This document shows positions 26,701 through 35,700 of a stretch of 39,283 nucleotides of DNA, in pieces; the first letter of the stretch is position 1, and each line of letters begins with the position of its first letter. This DNA comes from Nanobdellota archaeon. GTDB lineage: Archaea; Nanobdellota; Nanobdellia; Pacearchaeales; GW2011-AR1. Under the pieces are notes generated by a model that was not told the DNA's origin, searched no databases, and was given only the letters and a program-made list of their open reading frames with translations. Position numbers and translations under genes: made by a program. The stretch spans positions 1-39,283 of the forward strand of contig DAHXOU010000048.1 in assembly GCA_027364705.1 (NCBI GenBank). Reading direction: 5' to 3'.

Positions 26701-29700
26701 TGAGACCAAACAATAGAGGTTAGATTTGCACAATTAGATAATGTTGTGTTTACTGAATATGAATCATTAGAATACCAACACCCTGTTAGATGAAGGTCGG
26801 AAACAGTGTAGTTTATATCAAGATTAACATTCGAAGAATTAGTGCCATTGACTAAAGAAGTAATATTAATTTCTGGATTAATTGTATCAATTGTAAAATT
26901 AACCGACGCAGAACCGAGATTATTAGTTGTATCATTTGCCCAAATAGTTATATTATGCGGTCCTTCTGCCCAGGTTACAGTAGTTATATTTGCACAGTTT
27001 GCCAAAGGAATGTTCAAACTCATTGAGTCATTTGAATACCAGCAAGCAGAAATTGCAACATTATCTGAAGCAGTGTAGTTTATATTTAATCCAGTATTAG
27101 AAGAATTAAATTTAGGAACAGGGTAAATAATATTCACAATTGGGTTGGTTGAATCAGCAATAGCTGTAACATTAACATACCAAGTTTCAGAACTTCCAGA
27201 ATAATTTGTATTCGACGGATAAATTGCAGTGATGTTGTAAAGTCCTGTTCCGTTGAAAGAAGTTAAATTACTTAAAGGAGAATTTCCTGAATTGATTAAA
27301 GTGTTATTCTTGTAAAGATAAATCGTTCCTGTAACATTGAATAAAGTTGCATTCAACCAGATTGCAGTATTGTTGTAAATTGTGATATTATTTCTTGAAT
27401 TATTTAAGTAAGTGTAAATTTTAGATGAAGTATTTTGTGCAACAGTTAATATTGATGAAGTAGTCATAATAGAATAATTTTCATTCCCTGTTGAATTGTA
27501 AGTGTAATTATAAACTCCGACTCCGAGAGTTATTACATGAGGATTAGCAACTATCCCCGAAGTGTTCAAAGATAAATTACAAATTAATTCTGAAGGACAT
27601 CCAGAACCTGTTGCTGTTGTTTCTGTAGGATAAGTTACTATTGTCGATGGAGTAATTGCTAAAGATAAAACATAAGTTGTATTCTGTGTTATGTTAAAAA
27701 TAGTTGTGTTTGAACTTTCCGTATAATTTTGCGAAGATGCTAAACTACAATTAAATGTCCAATTTCCAACACCCAAAACAATTTGTGAACCCGATGTTCC
27801 ATTTGTTAACGTTGTCGTTCCTTGTCCAGATATTACAGAACAAGTCGGCGTAATTGCATTCGGATAACTCTGAGGATTTGTTTTATCAAAAGTCAATGAA
27901 GTCTGTGAAGCAATCTTGGAAACATTAACTTGATAAATTGTTGAATTCAAATTATTGGAAGAATCATTTATTGTGATGTTGATTAAGTAAAGTGCAACTC
28001 CGAGAATAGTATTATTTTTTAATCCACCAGAAGAATTTATTGTAAATCTTGTGTCGTTGACAGAGTAAAAACCAAAAGCAGTTTCATCTGAAGCGTTGAA
28101 GTCAACATCTAATGCTTGTAAATAATTCAATGAAGCATTTGCAGGAATTGCTGTGAAGTAAGGAGGAGTTGTGTCTGCTGTTGATGTAACATTTACATAC
28201 CAAGTTTCAGAACTCCCAGAATAATTTGTATTCGAAGGATAAATTGCAGTGATATTGTAAAGTCCTGTTCCGTTGAAAGAAGTTAAGTTACTAAGAGGAG
28301 AATTTCCTGAATTAATTAAAGTGTTATTCTTGTAAAGATAAATTGTTCCTGTAGAATTGAATAAAGTTGCGTTTAACCAGATTGCAGTATTATTGTAAAT
28401 AGTAATATTGTTTCTCGAGTTATTAAGATAAGTGTAAATTTTAGACGAAGTGTTTTGAGAAATATTTATTGTCATTGTTACTGAAGCAATATTAGAATAG
28501 TTTTGATTTCCTGTAACATTGAAAATGTAAGTGTAATTTGTAACACCTAGAGTTTGATTTAATCCGTTTTCTGTTGTTACATCGACGTCATTTCTGTAAA
28601 GTTTAACTGTTCCGCCTGTTGTAGATGCTGAAGCATTAACTTGTTGTGGATAAGTTATTGAAATATTATTCAGTTGAGAATTAATTGAGTAAGTTAATGT
28701 TGGTGCAATCTTTGAAACATTTACTTGATAAATTGTTGAATTCAAATTATTAGAAGAATCATTTATTGTGATGTTGATTAAATAAAGTGCAACTCCAAGA
28801 ATAGTATTATTTTTTAATCCACCAGAAGAATTTATTGTAAATCTTGTGTCGTTGACTGCATAAGTTCCAAAGGCAGTTTCATCTGCTGCAGAGAATATTA
28901 CATTTAATGCTTGAAGATAATTTAATGAAGCATTTGCGGGAATTGTTGTGAAATAAGGAGGAGTTGTATCTGCGGTTGATGTAACAGATATTTGTAACAC
29001 ACTTGAATTCAAATTTCCCAAGGTATCATTTACTGAAACGTTTATGTAATAAGTTCCTGCGGATAAATGAGTTGAATTTGATAGAACTCCTGTCGATGCA
29101 ACAATTGAAAAGTTTGTTGTCCAGTTAATTGCAAAACTTCCTAATCCCACACCATCATCTACAGCGTTTATGTCATAGTTGAGTGTTTGATTATCTGCTA
29201 TTGTTTGTGTTTGTAAATTTGTAAAGTAAGGAGGTAAAGAATCAATTCTGAAACTCACACTTGATTTATTTACATTATTTACTGTATCATTTGCCCAAAT
29301 AGTTACATTGTGGTAACCGTCACTCCAAACAATAGTAGTTAAATTTACACAATTAGATAAGGTGGTATTTACAGAATATGAATCATTAGAGTACCAACAA
29401 GAACTTATTGAAGAAGTTATATCACTCAAAGTATAATTCACGTCTAGATTAACATTCGATGAATTAGAATTATTCAACGGAGTTGTTATTGAAATTGCAG
29501 GTTGAGTATTATCAATTGTAAAATTTCTATCTGTTATTCTTGATTTAACATCTGCAGAATTGTCTCCAGAATATGCAGTAATATTTGTTCTGTATTTTCC
29601 ATCAGGAACTAAAGAAGTATTGAAATTAATCCACAAGTCAAGATCATTTGGGCATAAGAAACTTCCATTAATTGTATAGTTCCAAGTTCCATCTGTGTTT

Positions 29701-32700
29701 CTCAAAGTTAAATTATGTGTTACATTACCGACGCTATCAGGGTCTTTTGCACAACCAATTTTTATCTGCATTATTCCTTTGTGTGTCCCATTTAAATTAA
29801 TATCATAATTCAATGCAGAATTATTATATTCTAAAACAATAGGATAAGATATTGGATGATTTGTTGGAGTTATCTCGTCTCGAACTAAACTAAAATTATA
29901 ACCTGCATTTCCATACATATCTGTTGCATAGTAACCAAAATCAAATTCATCATTTGCACTTCTTGTAGAAGTAGTAAAGACATCTGGTGTGAAATTTGCT
30001 TGAACCCAAGTTGTTCCTCCATTAGTTGTAATCCAAGCAACATTTGTTTGATTGAAAGGAACATCTGTATTAGTTGTTCCATTTGCATATCTTAACTCAT
30101 AACTTTTTCCTGCAGCTGTTTCTGGTGATTCATATTCGATATAGAATTCTGCAGTTGCTTTTATTCCACCAAAATGTCCGTTGATAATTCCATAAGTTCC
30201 TTTGGAGTAAGAAGAATTTCTATCAGTAAATATTCTGTTATTTATTTCTGTTGAAGTCAATGAATTAATCAATGCACAATTTGGAGAATTAATTACCTGA
30301 ACAGAACCAGCAGGATTGTAAGAACTATTACAATAAAATGCCCTAAATGTCTTTGATGGAGCACCAGTAACTGCAAGATTTCTAAATGAATTCATAGTAT
30401 AATTTTGTGTATTTCTATATGCTTCAGCATCAAATCTTTTCATCAACAAATAATTATTATTCCTTATTGTATAATTTTTCTTGCTCTCTTTTACCATAGA
30501 TTCATAACTTAAGTAAACACTTTGTCTAAATGCGGCAACATCTACTGCAGGATGAGTGTAATTTATTATAACACTTGTGTTTGCAGTATTCTCCGCAGTG
30601 ATTGTAAAATGTCCGTATTCTCCATCTTCAATTGCGTAAGAAAATGTATCATTCAAAATATTATAGCAAGGATTAATTCCTTCACAAGTTTTGTTTAAAG
30701 TGGTAATTGAGTCATACCAGTATCCTTCATTTCTTCCAAGAGCTCTCCAAATTTTATAAGGAGGAGTTAAATTTCCGACAACACCCAATGAATTATTTGG
30801 ATACCTATTTGACCAATAATTAGGAATTCCTGCAGCCAAAACAAATGCATCAACAGTTCTTGTGATAAAGAAAGCATAATGGTCCCCAAGTTTAGTTAGA
30901 TTAACGCCATTTATATCTGTACAATTCATTATTACAGTTAATACTCCGGTAGAATTATCAACAAGATTTGATGGTGTTCTGTTTAATAAAGTACAAACTG
31001 GCCCAATTGAATCTATATTAAATGAAACAAATGAGGAGTTTAAATTATTTGAAGTATCATTTGTCCAGATTGTAACATTATGCTTTCCTTGAGACCAAAC
31101 TATTGTAGTTAAGTTAGCACAATTAGATAATGTTGTATTTACAGAATAAGAATCATTAGAATACCAGCAAGAGGAAATTGCAATATTATCTGAAACTGTG
31201 TAGTTAACATTTAAGTTAATATTGGAGGAATTTGTTCCATTAACAGGATAAGTTATATTGATGTTTGGTTTAATTGTATCTGGCGGTGTAACATTTACAT
31301 ACCAAGTTTCAGAACTTCCAGAGTAATTTGTATTCGAAGGATAAATCGCAGTGATGTTGTAAAGTCCTGTTCCGTTGAAAGAAGTTAAGTTACTAAGAGG
31401 AGAATTTCCTGAATTGATTAAAGTTCCATTTTTGTAAAGATAAATTGTTCCTGTAGCATTGAATAAAGTTGCGTTTAACCAAATTGCAGTATTATTGTAA
31501 ATTGTTATGTTATTCCTTGAATTATTTAAGTAAGTGTAAATTTTAGATGAAGTATTTTGAGAAACATTTATTGTCATTGTTACTAAAGCAATATTAGAAT
31601 AGTTTTGATTTCCTGTAACATTGAAAATGTAAGTGTAATTTGCAGCACCGAGAGTTTGATTTAATCCGTTTTCTGTTGTTACATCGACGTCATTTCTGTA
31701 AAGTTTAACTGTTCCTCCTGTTGTTGATGCTGATGCGTTAACTTGCTGTGGATAAGTTATTGAAATATTATTCAGTTGAGAATTTATGGAGTAAGTTAGC
31801 GTTGGTGCAATCTTTGAAACATTAACTTGATAAATTGTTGAATTCAAATTATTTGAAGAATCATTTATTGTGATGTTGATTAAGTAAACTGCAACTCCCA
31901 AGATTGTATTATTTTTTAATCCGCCAGAAGAATTTATTGTAAATCTTGTGTCGTTGACTGCGTAAAAACCAAAAGCAGTTTCATCTGAAGCGTTGAAGTC
32001 AACATCTAATGCTTGTAAATAATTCAATGAAGCATTTGCAGGAATTGCTGTGAAGTAAGGAGGAGTTGTGTCTGAAGTAATACCAACTGTTACAATTCTA
32101 GTTTCTGTCTTGTTTAAATTTCCTGAAGAATCAATTGCATAAGCAGTAAAATTATAATTAGCATTTGTTAAATTTGTAAAGTTATTACGATATTGATATG
32201 CTGAAGTATTATACAAAGAGGAAATTTCCGAAGAAGATAATGCTCTAGAGAAAATTAAAACATCATCTAAGCTTCCATTAAAATAAGCACAAGGAGCAGG
32301 ACCACGATTATCTACACCAAGGGTTAAACTTGCCGAGGGGAATAAAGAACCTACACCATTTGCACTTGCTAAAAGATTTCCATCCCTGTAACTTATTAAA
32401 TTAGTAATGTTCCAAATAAGAGTATACATGTGCCAAGAGTTATCTGTTAATCTCCCCGCATCAACAGGTAGAAAAGCGCTACCATTTGCAGTATACCAAT
32501 TTCCATCACAATAAATACCATAACCTCCGCTTGTACCGCTAAAATCTGCTATTGGAACATCATTAGTAGTGTTAGATTTTATCCATAAACTTACTGTAAG
32601 TCCATTAGTAAAACCAGATAAAGATGAATCAGGAACACTAATAGAATTATTAACTCCGTTAAACTGCATTCCTTTTCCTCTTATCCCCGTAACGATATTG

Positions 32701-35700
32701 CTTGTGCTTGTTCCCTGAAAAGTTCCAAAATTATTATAACTTGAATTGTCATAAACACCAGTTGTATTATAAAAATCAAAACTCCACCACCCCATTAAAG
32801 TTCTGTTGAAATCAAGAAATGTTGAATGATCGCTTGCATCACTTGTTGAAACATTTACATAAATTGAATTTCCAGATTGAGTGCTCCCATTCGACGGAGT
32901 TGGATTTGTGAAATTAATATTTGGACTTACATCTGTTACATTTACAATATAACTTCTTTCATCACTTTTATTATAATTATGCAATGTTCCATTACTATAA
33001 GCCCACCATCGATAAGCATAAGTCCCCCCAACAGTAAAAGTATGTGAAGCGTTGTAGACATTTGCAGTTAAATTTTTCGCAGTAATATTTGTTCCATCAA
33101 TTTCCAACCATACAGTTCCATTTGTATTTACAACAGTTACATTGAATAAACCAATTCCAGAATCTAATATAGAAGCATTATTGTCATAATAATTTGAGAA
33201 AAGAGGATAAATAGAATCAATATTAAAAGTTACTGAAGATGAATTTATATTTCCAGCAGAATCATTCGCCCAAATTGTTACATTGTGATTTCCTTGTGCC
33301 CAAATTATTGTTGTAATATTCGTCTGACAATTTGCTAAAGTTGTATTTGCGGAATAAGAATCATTAGAATACCAGCAAGATTGAAGATTTAAGTCAGATG
33401 CAGTATAATTAATATTTAATCCTGCATTTGAAGAATTAGTTCCATTTGTTGGAGAAGTGATGTTAATATTTGGAGCAGTTGTATCTGCAACATAATTAAT
33501 TGCTCCTGTTTCTGTATCTGTTCTTGTATAACTGCTGTAAGTTGCATTTACAAATAAATCCTGCAATCCAGTTAATCCAGTAGGAACAGTTACATTAGCT
33601 TCCCATCCTTTTCCAATTACATATCCATATTGATTAGTAGTTTCTGCAACGACACTAAAATTAATATCATCATCATCCCCAAAAGTACCATTATAACATT
33701 GATTAGATCCGTTTAAAGTTCCAAAAGTTACTTGTCCTCTTATGTATTGTGTTGCATTAGAAGAAGTTATATTCACGTTAATGGAATAGTTCCCAACGGT
33801 ACCCGGATAATCACAGGTTGCATCATAAAATTCTTCATTCCATACACTTCCATTATAATACCAAATTTTTACTTCATCACCAACACCATCACATCTAACG
33901 GCCATAGTAACATTTATTTTATCTGTAGGATGAAAAGATGTTCCATTTAACCATAAATCTACAACAGCATCTGTTCCATCACATGAACTTGCACCAGTAC
34001 AACTATCTGCCAAAATATTATTTGTACAATAAAGAGGACTTCCTTGATTACAACTAACTCCGCAAGATTTTTCAGTATAATTTAAATTTTTTGCTGTCGT
34101 AACCAAATTAGCAAATATTCCTCCAATGGTCAAATTATTCAATGTAACTCCAGAAGTTATATTTGCACTATTTTGTAAGAAATTAAAATAAACAGAAATA
34201 TTCTCATTTGAAGTAACACTTAATGGACTTGATGTAGTGGGTGAAGTTATTTGAACTGAGTAAACTGTCGGAGCAGAAATATTCAAACTACGATTAGTTC
34301 CCCAAGCATTTTGACTTGCATTATCATAAACTAAACAGTTCCATTTAGTTGAATTATAAAAACTGAAATTATAAGTAAAGGTAGTAGAGTTAGTTGTTCC
34401 TGTCCAAGATGTAAAATTAGTTGTTATTATTCCACCAGAGGAATTCCAAACATAAAGAGTCACATTCTTAAGATTATTATCGTCGGTGGCATTACATTCA
34501 AAGGTTACAACTCCTAAATCAGTTACATTATTATTTGCTGGTCTGCTTAAAATTGAAGCGGGAGGATTATCCACTGCTCCGCCACATATTCCATCCCAAG
34601 CAGTTCCATCCGAATGATAAGAAGCCCAATCAGCTCCTGTTGCATTTACATCATAAGCGTGAATAAAATTTTGACTACAGAAACCAATATTTGTTGCAGC
34701 AGAGTATGACGCAACCGCATTGTATTGATAGCCAGTAATAGCATTATTAGTGCTGTTTATTGGTCCTGCTAATAATGTCCCCCCAGAAGTGTATACTGCA
34801 AAAGTATCGGCAGGTAGATTAAACCAACTAATTGCAAAAGCAGTTGAATTCAAAGCTGCAACAGATACAGTACTATAACCCCCATATAAATTGTCAATAG
34901 CATTAATATCCCCCGTTAGATTATTTCCTGCAGAATCATATATTTTAAATGCTACATCATCTTGTGGAAAATTTTGCCAACCAAGTACGAAAGCAGTTGA
35001 ATTAAAAGCAGAAGTTGTGACTGTATAAGAACCTGTTCCTGGTTCTACAGCATTGATAATATTAGTTAAATTATTTCCTGCAAAATCATATATTGCAAGA
35101 TCAATAGAAGAACCATTATACCAGCTAAATACAAAGGAAGTAGAATTAAAAGCTGAAATAGAAACAGATTGAGAAGCAACGACATTAGTATCTGCATCAA
35201 TTGGTGCAACTAATTGGTTTCCTGCAGAATCATATATCGCGAAAGTTGAATCTCCATCTGCTTTATCCCACCAACCGATTGCAAAAGCAGTTGAATTAAA
35301 AGCTGAAACAGCAACAACCGAATTGTAACTAATTGCAGTATCTGCAGAAATTGGTGCAACTAATTGGTTTCCTGCAGAATCATATATCGCAAACATAGCA
35401 TCTTCAGCATCATTATCTGCATAACCAACAACAAAGGAAGTAGAATTAAAAGCAGAGACAGATAATTGATTTAGAGCACAGTCATAAACACTATTATCGA
35501 CAGTAATATCTCCAGTAATATTAGTTCCATTAGTATCATAAATCTTGAAAATAATATCATTAACTGATTTGTCACACCATGCTAAAGCAAATTTATTAGT
35601 AGTTAAGGGAGCTAAAGCAACTGGTCGGGCATCAGTAATAGAAAAAGTGGGGTCAATAATATAATCAAACTCAGTATTATTTGAAACTTTCAAATCAAAA

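Noticed and set aside
27166-32074. Long near-identical DNA repeats as a possible CRISPR array, IS element or duplicated mobile element
   Set aside because: The repeats are 787-1,012 nt long, in frame, and translate into the same protein module within one ORF. They show no short-repeat/spacer periodicity, no terminal inverted repeats and no transposase.
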